Positions 7,894-15,949 of a stretch of 32,374 bases of DNA are shown in pieces (the first letter of the stretch is position 1; every line of letters begins with the position of its first letter). A program made the translations under genes and the position numbers. The DNA comes from Nitrospirae bacterium GWC2_56_14 (lineage in GTDB: Bacteria > Nitrospirota > UBA9217), in assembly GCA_001803705.1 (NCBI GenBank), contig MHDY01000247.1, forward strand, positions 1 through 32,374, in the 5' to 3' direction. The notes under the pieces were generated by a model, which worked only from the letters and a program-made list of their open reading frames with translations, ran no database searches and was not told the origin of the DNA.

Positions 7894-9198
7894 CTACCGT
7901 TTTTTTACCGTCTGAAAGGGCCGCTCAAGAATGATGGTCTCGTCGCGGCGCGGGCCCGTCGAAACGATGGACGGCTTGACGCCACTGAGTTTGCAGAGCT
8001 TTTCCACGTAGGTCCGGGCCTTTTTCGGCAGGTCTTCGTATTTTTTGATGCCGATCGTCGTCTGCTTCCAGCCGGGCATGGTGATGTATTGCGGAACGCC
8101 CTGCTCGAGCACCGCAAGCTCCGACGGCATCTCTTCGTACAGTTTTCCCTTGTACTTATAGCCCACGCAGATCTTGAGCTCCTCAAGCGTATCGAGCACA
8201 TCCAGCTTGGTGATGGCCGCGCTCGTCATGCCGTTCACCCGCACGGCATGCCGGATAATGAGCGTATCGGCCCACCCGCACCGCCGCGCCCTGCCCGTCG
8301 TCGCCCCATATTCTTTGCCGCGCTCGCGCAGCAGTTCGCCGGTCTTGTCGTTGAGCTCCGTGGGAAAGGGGCCGCTGCCGACCCGCGTGGTGTATGCCTT
8401 GACGATGCCCAGGACCTCGGTGATCGTGTTCGGCCCGATGCCGAGCCCCGTGCAGGCGCCGCCGGCCGTGGGGCTCGACGAGGTCACAAAGGGATAGGTC
8501 CCGTGGTCCACGTCAAGGTGCGTTCCCTGGGCCCCTTCAGCCAGGACCTTCTTTTTCCCGGCGATGGCTTCGCTGAGATAGAGCGTCGTATCGGCGATGT
8601 ATTTTTTGAGTCTCCTGGCGTAACCCTGGTACTCGTCATAAACCTGGTCCTGGTTCACCAGCGGCGCGTTATAGAAACGCTCGAGCATGAAATTCGCTTC
8701 GCCGGTATTGCAGGACAGTTTTTCGCGAAAGGTCTTTTCGTCCAGGAGATCGGCCATCCGTATGCCCTTGCGGTTGATCTTGTCCGCATACGCGGGCCCG
8801 ATGCCGCGGCCGGTCGTACCGATCTTCTTATTGCCCTTCAGCTTTTCGCTGGCCACATCGAGGGCCTTGTGGTACGGCATGATGAGGTGGGCGTTTTTGC
8901 TGATGAGCAGGTTTTTATCAAATTTGATGCCCCGCTTGGTCATGGCATCCATCTCTTCAAGGAGCGCCGCCGGGTCCACGACCACACCGTTCCCGATGAT
9001 GCACTTTTTGCCTTTATGCAGGATACCCGAGGGGACCAGGTGCAGGATGAACTCGTTCATCCCCACCACCACGGTATGGCCGGCGTTGTGGCCGCCCTGG
9101 TAACGCGCGACCACGTCAGCCCGCTCCGTGAGCAGGTCTATGATCTTCCCTTTGCCTTCATCGCCCCACTGGGCGCCGACGACGACTAATACTGGCAT
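7894..9198 (-). CDS. purA: Adenylosuccinate synthetase
   Basis: GAQWGDEGKGK, GGHNAGHT, GTTGRGIGPAY, EGAQG and GATTGRARRCGW motifs. Confidence 0.99.
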   Translation of the reverse strand: MPVLVVVGAQWGDEGKGKIIDLLTERADVVARYQGGHNAGHTVVVGMNEFILHLVPSGILHKGKKCIIGNGVVVDPAALLEEMDAMTKRGIKFDKNLLISKNAHLIMPYHKALDVASEKLKGNKKIGTTGRGIGPAYADKINRKGIRMADLLDEKTFREKLSCNTGEANFMLERFYNAPLVNQDQVYDEYQGYARRLKKYIADTTLYLSEAIAGKKKVLAEGAQGTHLDVDHGTYPFVTSSSPTAGGACTGLGIGPNTITEVLGIVKAYTTRVGSGPFPTELNDKTGELLRERGKEYGATTGRARRCGWADTLIIRHAVRVNGMTSAAITKLDVLDTLEELKICVGYKYKGKLYEEMPSELAVLEQGVPQYITMPGWKQTTIGIKKYEDLPKKARTYVEKLCKLSGVKPSIVSTGPRRDETIILERPFQTVKKR

Positions 9199-9211
9199 TG
9201 GTTCTCCTCAA

Positions 9212-9296
9212 TGCAAAATGCAAATTTTAAATTGCAAATTTCAAAATCAAAAAACATTCCATTTTGCACTTTGCACTTTGCATTTTTCAATTTGCA
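9212..9296. repeat. Inverted pair of heptamer tandem arrays (TGCAAAW x5 / NTTTGCA x5)
   Basis: Five heptamers at 9212-9246, 15-nt spacer, five complementary heptamers at 9262-9296; fills the serA-purA spacer. Confidence 0.85.
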
Positions 9297-9304
9297 CTCG
9301 CTTT

Positions 9305-10882
9305 TTATATTTTTATCTGCTTCACCGACAGGACGTTCGGCATCTGCCGGATCTTCGTCATCAGCTCATCGGACACGGTGCTGTCGATGCTCACGACCGA
9401 CATGGCCATGCCGCCCTGCTTCTCGCGGCCGAACTGCATGCGCGCGATGTTGATCCCGTTCTGACCGAGCAGCGTGCCGATGCCGCCGATGACGCCGGGC
9501 TTGTCGTTGTTCATGAGCACCAGCATGTCGCCCTCGGGTACGGTCTCCATGGGGAAGTTGTCCACCTGGATGATGCGGGGCTCTTTTTTGCTGTTCAGCG
9601 TGCCGGAAACGGCAAGGTCCTTGCCGCCGGCCTTGACCTTGATCGTGATCAGGCTCGTGTATTCGGTGGTGTCCGTGGACTTGGAGACCTTGACCTCGAT
9701 GCCGCGGTCCTTGGCGATGAGCGGCGCGTTCACATAATTCACGTTCTCGTTGACGCTGCGTGTCAGCAGGCCCTTGAGCGCTGCCAGCGTGATCGGCTCC
9801 TGCTTGAGGTTCGACACCTCGCCGCTGTACTCCACGACCACCTGGGTGAGGCCGCCTTCGCAGAGCTGCGCCTGGAACAGGCCCATGCGCTCCGCAAGAT
9901 TGATGTAGGGGCTGAGCGTCGGGAGCTGGTCCGCCGGCACGGACGGCACGTTCACGGCGTTCCGCACGGTCCCGGCAATGAGATAATCCACGATCTGCTC
10001 GGCAACAGCCACGGCCACGTTCTCCTGGGCCTCCAGGGTGGACGCGCCCAGGTGCGGCGTGGCGATAAAGTTGTCGAGGGTGAGCAGCGGATGGTTCTCC
10101 GGCGGCTCCTTTTCGAACACGTCAAAGGCGGCTCCGCCGACCTTGCCGCTCTTCATGGCTTCATAGAGGTCCGTCTCGTTCACGATGCCGCCGCGGGCGC
10201 AGTTGATGATGCGCACCCCGTCCTTCATCTGGGCAAGAGTGTCCTTGTTGATCAGGTTCGCCGTTTCTTTGGTCTTGGGCGTATGCACGGTGATGAAATC
10301 CGACCGTTTGTAGATCGTCGGCAGATCGGCCAGCTCGATGCCGAGGGATTTCGCCTTCTCCGGGGAAATGAACGGATCGTAGGCCAGGACCTTCATGCCG
10401 AGCCCGATGGCGCGGTTCGCGACCACGCCGCCGATGGCGCCCATGCCGATGATGCCCAGGGTCTTGGCGTAGAGCTCGATTCCCTCGAACTTCTTCTTCT
10501 CCCACTTGCCTGCCTTGAGCGACGAGTAGGCCTGGGGGATCATGCGGGCGCAGGCGAAGATCATGCCGATGGTGTGCTCCGCCGTGGTGACCGTGTTGCC
10601 GCCGGGCGTGTTCATGACGACCACGCCCTTCTTGGTGGCCGCCGGGATGTCCACGTTGTCGAGACCGCTTCCTGCGCGGCCCACGACCTTGAGCTTCATG
10701 GCCTTCTCCAGCAGCGCGGCGTTCACCTTGGTGGCTGAACGGATGACCAGTGCGTCGTAATCGCCGATGATCTTCTCGATCTCCTCGACGGAGGTCTTGC
10801 TCCGGGCGTCCACTTCGAGCCCGGCCTTCTTTAAGATCTCCACCCCGATGGGCGAGAGGTTGTCGCTGATCAGAACCTTCAT
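9305..10882 (-). CDS. serA: D-3-phosphoglycerate dehydrogenase (long form with ASB and ACT domains)
   Basis: RAGSGLDNVD, GIIGMGAIG, INCARGG and TPHLGAST motifs; C-terminal ACT domain (NNDKPGVIG). Confidence 0.98.
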   Translation of the reverse strand: MKVLISDNLSPIGVEILKKAGLEVDARSKTSVEEIEKIIGDYDALVIRSATKVNAALLEKAMKLKVVGRAGSGLDNVDIPAATKKGVVVMNTPGGNTVTTAEHTIGMIFACARMIPQAYSSLKAGKWEKKKFEGIELYAKTLGIIGMGAIGGVVANRAIGLGMKVLAYDPFISPEKAKSLGIELADLPTIYKRSDFITVHTPKTKETANLINKDTLAQMKDGVRIINCARGGIVNETDLYEAMKSGKVGGAAFDVFEKEPPENHPLLTLDNFIATPHLGASTLEAQENVAVAVAEQIVDYLIAGTVRNAVNVPSVPADQLPTLSPYINLAERMGLFQAQLCEGGLTQVVVEYSGEVSNLKQEPITLAALKGLLTRSVNENVNYVNAPLIAKDRGIEVKVSKSTDTTEYTSLITIKVKAGGKDLAVSGTLNSKKEPRIIQVDNFPMETVPEGDMLVLMNNDKPGVIGGIGTLLGQNGINIARMQFGREKQGGMAMSVVSIDSTVSDELMTKIRQMPNVLSVKQIKI

Positions 10883-10901
10883 GAAGCCTCCTATGTAAGA
10901 C

Positions 10902-10960
10902 AGCTTATAGCTGATGGCTGATGGCGGCTGCTATGAGCTAAGAACTATGAGCCATCAACT
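10902..10960. repeat. Inverted pair of heptamer tandem arrays (RGCTGAT / ATSAGCY)
   Basis: AGCTTAT-AGCTGAT-GGCTGAT-GGC ... GCT-ATGAGCT-AAGAACT-ATGAGCC-ATCAACT in the aminotransferase-serA spacer. Confidence 0.75.
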
Positions 10961-10966
10961 AAGTCG

Positions 10967-12103
10967 TTACTTCATCAATATTTCCTGCGCCGCGCCCACG
11001 CCCGTGCCGAGCTTCACCGGATGGCCCAGGCCCTTCAGCACCATCTCGATGCCGGCGATCGCCGTGATCACGTCAAAAGTGTTCGCATAGCCCAGGTGCG
11101 CGATGCGGAAGATCTTGCCCTTGAGGTGGTCCTGGCCGCCTGCGCCGGTGATGCCGTACTTTACGCGCAGGTCCTTGTAGATCGCCTGGCCGTCCACGCC
11201 AGCCGGCGCTTCGATGGCCGTGAGCGCATTGCTCGGACTTTCCTTGGGAAAGAGCTTGAGCCCGAGCGCCAGGGCCCCTGCGCGGGTCGCCTGCGCGAGC
11301 TTCTCGTGGCGCTTGAACACGTTCTCGAGACCCTCGTCCTGAAGCATTTTAATAGCGGCGTTCAGGCCGATGATGAGCGTCACGGGAGAGGTAAAGAGCG
11401 TCTGGTTCTTGGCCAGGTTCTCGCGCTCTTTCTTGAAGTTGAAATAGAATTTCGGCGTCTTCGCAACATCGGCCATCTTCCAGGCCTTGTCGGACACGGA
11501 TACAAAAGCGAGCCCCGGGGGCAGCATCACGCCCTTCTGGGATCCGCCGATCATGACGTCAACGCCCCACTCGTCGGTCTTGATGTCATGGGCCACCAAT
11601 GCCGAGATGGCATCGACCACAAAGAGCGCGTCGGTCTTCTTGACGACTGCGGCGATCGACTTGATGTCGTGGTACACGCCCGTGGAGGTCTCGTTGGCCT
11701 GGACGAACACGGCCTTGATCTTGGGGTTCTTCTTGAGGCTCGCCTCGACCAGCTCCGGCTTTACCGCATATCCCCATTCCACCTTGACCTCTTCCACCTT
11801 CATGCCGTAGGCCTGGCAGATCTTGGTCCAGCGTTCGCCGAACTTTCCGCCGTTCAGCACGAGTACGTCGTCGCCGGGGCTCAGGAAGTTCGAGACCGCG
11901 CCGTCCATGCCGCCGGTCCCGGTGGAACACAGGATCAGCACGTCGTTCTTCGTCTGGTAGAGCCACTGCAGGCCCTTTTTCGCGGAATCGAGCACGGGCA
12001 AAAAGTCCGGTGCGCGGTGATGGATGATCGGCATGGCCATGGCCAAAAGCGCTTCAGGCGGCACCGGTGTCGGTCCAGGGGCAAGGAGATATTTTTTCTG
12101 CAT
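10967..12103 (-). CDS. Class V PLP aminotransferase (AGT/SPT type), probably the phosphoserine aminotransferase
   Basis: LLAPGPT, ETSTG, VDAIS and GSQK(PLP)G..LPPGL motifs; directly upstream of serA. Confidence 0.9.
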   Translation of the reverse strand: MQKKYLLAPGPTPVPPEALLAMAMPIIHHRAPDFLPVLDSAKKGLQWLYQTKNDVLILCSTGTGGMDGAVSNFLSPGDDVLVLNGGKFGERWTKICQAYGMKVEEVKVEWGYAVKPELVEASLKKNPKIKAVFVQANETSTGVYHDIKSIAAVVKKTDALFVVDAISALVAHDIKTDEWGVDVMIGGSQKGVMLPPGLAFVSVSDKAWKMADVAKTPKFYFNFKKERENLAKNQTLFTSPVTLIIGLNAAIKMLQDEGLENVFKRHEKLAQATRAGALALGLKLFPKESPSNALTAIEAPAGVDGQAIYKDLRVKYGITGAGGQDHLKGKIFRIAHLGYANTFDVITAIAGIEMVLKGLGHPVKLGTGVGAAQEILMK

Positions 12104-12331
12104 GGGAATTCCTCCAATTCTTACGGGTAAATAGCAATTATGGGTTAAATTTTTGTATTATCGTACACAAGCGCTGAAACACAAAAGGTTTCTGTCACAA
12201 CGAAGAAGTCACAGGCCCGCCGGGACGGGACCTATGCCCGGGGTTGGCGTGTCGCTGGGATAGTGCGGATGTCTGTGCTGTTTCACGGAGAACTGCCTTT
12301 CCTTAGGTGACTCTGGTCAAAAAGCCCCATG

Positions 12332-12361
12332 AAATTAGCACACGGGGCTGAAAATTGTCAA
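12332..12361 (-). promoter_or_regulatory. Sigma70-type promoter upstream of the aminotransferase-serA-purA leader
   Basis: TTGACA-N18-TAATTT with extended -10 TG. Confidence 0.55.
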
Positions 12362-12482
12362 GAAAATAATACGATGACACCGGGCGCCCCGGGGACAGGG
12401 GAGAAAGAAGACGCCAGGAAGAACAGCGCTTTCCGCACGCTTTCCCTTTCACCGTACAGCGGCCGGCCGGAGAACCGGACCC

Positions 12483-12893
12483 CTACGGCAGGGGTTTCCG
12501 GATAATGTCCATGGTCATAACGATCGTCCGCACCGGATTTATGCGGTCATTGGAGTAGATGGATATTTTCTTTACCAGGATACCGCCCCTGCCGGTGGTG
12601 TCCACCGTTGCCTGTATGCGGCCGGAGTCTCCCGGTTCAAGGTGATTAGAACTAATCACCGCGGCTGCGCAGCCTCAGGAAGGCTGGACCCGCTCAATAT
12701 CGAGCGCGGCATCTCCGGTGTTCCTCACCTCGAACACATGCTGCAGTTTGGCCCCCTCGACAACCTTGCCGTAGTCGTAGGTCGCCTCTTTGATCTCTAT
12801 CTGGGGCCCCTTCTGTTCCTGGGCCCAGAGCGGCTGGGCGAGAAAACCCGCTGCCACCGCCGCGAGCATGATCGCAAACACCTGTTGTTTCAT
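12483..12893 (-). CDS. DUF1573-family exported protein with in-frame UGA (selenocysteine, S-U-G-C motif), 136 aa
   Basis: RBS AAGGAG; signal peptide; YDYGKV..HVFEVRNTGDAALDIERVQPS-UGA-GCAAAVISSNHLEPGDSGRIQATVDT..KKISIYSND..TAG; the domain continues in frame past UGA (codon 73, 12675-12677). Confidence 0.85.
12641..12674 (-). promoter_or_regulatory. Candidate bacterial SECIS element
   Basis: Directly 3' of UGA: GGCU-GCGC-AGCC, then GGUGAUUA-GUUC-UAAUCACC (8 perfect bp, loop starting GU about 23 nt after UGA). Confidence 0.7.
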
Positions 12894-12928
12894 GGTATAA
12901 CTCCTTTTTCCGTCCGTCAGCACGGGCA

Positions 12929-13342
12929 TCACTCGCCCATGACCTTGACCAGAATTTCTTTTTCGCGCATGCCGTCGAACTCTGCATAATACACCGTCTG
13001 GTACACGCCCAGATCGAGCGCCCCTTCGGTCACCGGAAGCGTCAGGTTGTGGCCGGACAGGAGCGACATGAGATGCGCCCGGCCGTTCCGCCTGGCATCG
13101 GTAAGGTCATGCTTATACTCGCCGGCAGGAACGATCCTCTCCATGAGGCCCATGAAGTCCTCGGTCAGCGTTGCGTCCGAATCGCTCACGTAGACCGATG
13201 CGCTGGTGTGGTGCGGGAAGAGCAGGACCATTCCGTCCTGCACACCGCTCTTCGCGATGATCTGGGACACTTCCCGGGTGATGTCCCGGATCTCCCGTTT
13301 GTCTGCAGTCGTTATCCTGATAAAGTCCCGGTAGGTCTTCAT
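12929..13342 (-). CDS. yjbQ: YjbQ / UPF0047 family protein
   Basis: IRDIT, HTSAS, YKHD...NGRAHL and LGVYQ.VYYAEFDG.R motifs; ends VMGE. Confidence 0.93.
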   Translation of the reverse strand: MKTYRDFIRITTADKREIRDITREVSQIIAKSGVQDGMVLLFPHHTSASVYVSDSDATLTEDFMGLMERIVPAGEYKHDLTDARRNGRAHLMSLLSGHNLTLPVTEGALDLGVYQTVYYAEFDGMREKEILVKVMGE

Positions 13343-13361
13343 GTACGCCCTTCCTGAACGC

Positions 13362-14042
13362 CTACAACCCGATCTTCTTTTGGTAGATCATCTTGACCAG
13401 GTCCTCGCGGTTAATGATATTTTTTTCTATCAGCAGGGTGATAAGCGCATCAAGGCGGAGACGGTCATCCTGGGACTGGCGGGAAGCCTCGTCCTGAGCT
13501 GCCGTCGCAACCTGCACCTCATTGCTGCTCGTCATGAGGTCGCTTCCGAAGATGGTCTCCATTTTGCCCGTTTTTACGAACGAGACCTCTTTCGGTTTAC
13601 GGACCACTTCTTCGCCGTCGTAATATTTTCTGATGGCGTCATTGATCTCGGACTCCAGCGCCAGCGCCGGCTTGACCATAAGGCCCGTGCAGAACCTGAG
13701 GTCGTCAATGGCCTCCATATCCATCGGGTCGGACATGGCGATCACGATCGAGCTCCCCTCTTTCCTGACCGGCACGACCCCGTATTTCTTTGCCACATCG
13801 ACCTTGATAAGCGAGACCGATGCCGCCGGAATTTCAGGATCGAACAGATTCACATAGGGGATGCCCATTTTTTCTGCGATCACCCTGGCAAGCTCCTCCT
13901 CGCGAATGAATTCCATTTCAACGAGGATGGAGCCCAGTTTGCCCCCCCAGTTCCGCTGGTGCGACAGCGCCGTCTGGAGCTGAAAGTCATCGATGAGGCC
14001 GGCTTCTTTCAAAAAATCACCGAGCTTTTTCTTTTCAGCCAT
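13362..14042 (-). CDS. Stand-alone MshEN / T2SSE_N domain protein (putative c-di-GMP receptor, no ATPase)
   Basis: Tandem KLGDFLKEAGLI...LQTALSHQ and KLGSILVEMEFI...L motifs; AKKYGVVPV..IAMSDP; no Walker A. Confidence 0.85.
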   Translation of the reverse strand: MAEKKKLGDFLKEAGLIDDFQLQTALSHQRNWGGKLGSILVEMEFIREEELARVIAEKMGIPYVNLFDPEIPAASVSLIKVDVAKKYGVVPVRKEGSSIVIAMSDPMDMEAIDDLRFCTGLMVKPALALESEINDAIRKYYDGEEVVRKPKEVSFVKTGKMETIFGSDLMTSSNEVQVATAAQDEASRQSQDDRLRLDALITLLIEKNIINREDLVKMIYQKKIGL

Positions 14043-14095
14043 GGGCCCTCCGTATCACAATATTTATGGTTATCACAATAAATATTTAAGCCATA

Positions 14096-14125
14096 ATTAT
14101 AAGCTACGGACGCAAGGGATGTCAA
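14096..14125 (-). promoter_or_regulatory. Consensus sigma70 promoter of the MshEN-yjbQ-DUF1573 operon
   Basis: TTGACA-N18-TATAAT; downstream direct repeat TATCACAATA at 14053-14062 and 14071-14080. Confidence 0.75.
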
Positions 14126-14129
14126 CCTT

Positions 14130-14939
14130 TTATACCATTCGGCCATGGTCGGCCTTGTCGCAAGGGGGATCATGCAACGCTGCTTGCGGCATCGTCGCCC
14201 TGGTGAGCAGATGCCTGTGTTCGACGGCGCCGAGCGCTGCCAGGAGGCTGGCCTTGATGCCGGGCTGTTCCCGCTCCAGGGTGGAGAGAAGCTGTTTGAT
14301 CCGGGAACGCTTCAGGTCCTGGTCGCCGCAGGCGGGGCAGGCGCAGCAGGTAATGGGGAAACCCGCCCCTGAAGCGTAGCGGATGATCTCGTCCTCGGGC
14401 ACGTACACCAGCGGCCGGATCACGATATTGCGGCCGTCGTCCGCGGTGAGCAGCGGCGACATGGCCTTTATCTTGCCATTGTAGAACTGGTTCAGCAGCA
14501 GCGTTTCGATAAAATCCTCGCGGTGATGCCCCAGGGCGATCCTGGTGCAGCCGAGCTCCCGGGCCTGGGTGTAGAGCACCCCTCGCTTGATGCGGGCGCA
14601 GAGCGAACAAGGGGTATCGTCAGGCCCCAGTTTTTCGAGCATCAGTTCATGGACCGGCGCTTTCACGATCCGATAGTCGTATCCCTGCTCCTGAAGCCAG
14701 GCCTCCATGGGTCCGGTCTGGAATCCCGGGAAGCCGGTATGGACCGTGACCGCCACAAGCGAAAAACTGACCGGTGCCCGCTCCTGGAGCCTTGTAAGGA
14801 CACGCAGCAGGGTCCAGCTGTCCTTGCCGCCCGACAGGGCAACGAGGATGCGGTCATGGTTCTGTATCAGCCCGAAATCGCCAATTGCCTTGCCGACAAG
14901 TTTCCGGATACGTCGTTCGCGGTAATCGGTGGTGCTCAT
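14130..14939 (-). CDS. ttcA: tRNA 2-thiocytidine(32) synthetase
   Basis: PP-loop SGGKDS, CSLCAR.KRG, IALGHHRED..ET, VIRPL and CACPAC motifs. Confidence 0.92.
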   Translation of the reverse strand: MSTTDYRERRIRKLVGKAIGDFGLIQNHDRILVALSGGKDSWTLLRVLTRLQERAPVSFSLVAVTVHTGFPGFQTGPMEAWLQEQGYDYRIVKAPVHELMLEKLGPDDTPCSLCARIKRGVLYTQARELGCTRIALGHHREDFIETLLLNQFYNGKIKAMSPLLTADDGRNIVIRPLVYVPEDEIIRYASGAGFPITCCACPACGDQDLKRSRIKQLLSTLEREQPGIKASLLAALGAVEHRHLLTRATMPQAALHDPPCDKADHGRMV

Positions 14940-14945
14940 GGCCAA

Positions 14946-14974
14946 ATCCTACGGAGTGACGGAAGAGAAGTCAA
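14946..14974 (-). promoter_or_regulatory. Sigma70 promoter placing +1 at the ttcA ATG
   Basis: TTGACT-N17-TAGGAT, then 6 nt, then ATG (14939). Confidence 0.55.
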
Positions 14975-15049
14975 TATATTTATGCCCGGGAATGCATGTG
15001 GCCGCAAGAGAACGCAAAGATCACAAAGAATAACGTGAAACGGGGCAAT

Positions 15050-15082
15050 AAAAAAGGCCCCGGAGTCCTCTCCAGGGCCTTT
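15050..15082 (-). terminator. Intrinsic terminator after the H1-like gene
   Basis: Minus strand AGGCCCTGGAG-AGGA-CTCCGGGGCCT followed by TTTTT. Confidence 0.85.
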
Positions 15083-15103
15083 CAGGATGATCGCGATATG
15101 ATG

Positions 15104-15475
15104 TTATCTTCTCTTTTTCGCCTTTTTTGTGGCCTTTTTTACAGCTTTCTTCGCTGCCTTTTTCTTCACTGCTTTTTTTGCCGCTTTTTTCTTGCCTGCT
15201 TTTTTCTTGGCCGGTTTTTTTGCGGCCTTTTTAGCCGCTTTTTTCTTGGCCGGCTTCTTTGCAGCCTTTTTTGCCGCCTTTTTGGCCGGTTTCTTCCTGG
15301 CAGCAGGCTTCTTCGGCGCTGCAGCAGCAAGACCAAACTGCTCGGGCGCCTTTACGCCGGCGGCCTCCATGCCGCAGCAGTACACCGGCTCCTCGTACAC
15401 TTCGCCGGTCCTCGTTACATCGATCCTTCTGCCGCAAACCCTGCACTCATACTGCATAATTCTTTCGATACCCAT
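15104..15475 (-). CDS. Desulforedoxin-like CxxC/CC domain fused to a Lys/Ala-rich histone H1-like tail, 123 aa
   Basis: YECRVCG...VYCCG, then about 70 aa of KKPA/KKAA repeats; RBS AAGGAGGAG 7 nt before ATG; own promoter and terminator. Confidence 0.8.
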   Translation of the reverse strand: MGIERIMQYECRVCGRRIDVTRTGEVYEEPVYCCGMEAAGVKAPEQFGLAAAAPKKPAARKKPAKKAAKKAAKKPAKKKAAKKAAKKPAKKKAGKKKAAKKAVKKKAAKKAVKKATKKAKKRR

Positions 15476-15611
15476 ATGCATTCTCCTCCTTGGTAAGCTG
15501 ATGGTCCCGAGCATTCGCGCGGGGTGTGGTCACTGGTCAATGACGATAGCTTCGTGAGAATACTCAGAGAACCGCGCGTTCATGCAGTCTGCGCTTGTTA
15601 TTCTTGTTATT

Positions 15612-15640
15612 ACTGTAGAATCATATTCATAAAATGTCAA
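15612..15640 (-). promoter_or_regulatory. Sigma70 promoter of the H1-like gene
   Basis: TTGACA-N17-TACAGT. Confidence 0.65.
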
Positions 15641-15673
15641 GAATTATGTCGTTTTTGAGCGGTCTTGAAGCGC

Positions 15674-15865
15674 TTACGACCACACCCTCGGCTGTTTTTT
15701 ATTCGCCCTGACCATGGCGTTCTTCATTCTGTCCGACTGATGCACTTCCCATATCTGCTCCATCCCTTCGATGGCGGAGGAGAGCGCCTCATCAGTAACC
15801 GCGCCGTCCCATTCCTTGGTTTCGGCCAACCGGTACAATTCCAGGATCACGTCATCGAGTTTCAT
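15674..15865 (-). CDS. Small hypothetical protein (63 aa)
   Basis: RBS AAAGGAG..GAGG; helical acidic N-terminus and basic C-terminus; plausible codon usage. Confidence 0.6.
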   Translation of the reverse strand: MKLDDVILELYRLAETKEWDGAVTDEALSSAIEGMEQIWEVHQSDRMKNAMVRANKKQPRVWS

Positions 15866-15921
15866 CCTCTATCTCCTTTACATACAACAAGTTAAAGCAT
15901 ATTTCCCGGCAGGGCCCTGTG

Positions 15922-15949
15922 AAAAAAAACCGGGAGAAAACCCTCCCGG
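15922..15949 (-). terminator. Intrinsic terminator downstream of nrdJ / candidate sRNA
   Basis: Minus strand CCGGGAG-GGTTTT-CTCCCGG followed by T8. Confidence 0.85.

Noticed and set aside
12890-12931. yjbQ UGA followed by TGC CCG TGC TGA
   Set aside because: VMGE is the normal YjbQ C-terminus, further stops follow, and there is no SECIS-like stem
15615-15633. Fur/PerR-like AT-rich pseudo-palindrome in the H1-like gene promoter spacer
   Set aside because: Only a partial match within AT-rich DNA; cannot be supported without a PWM scan
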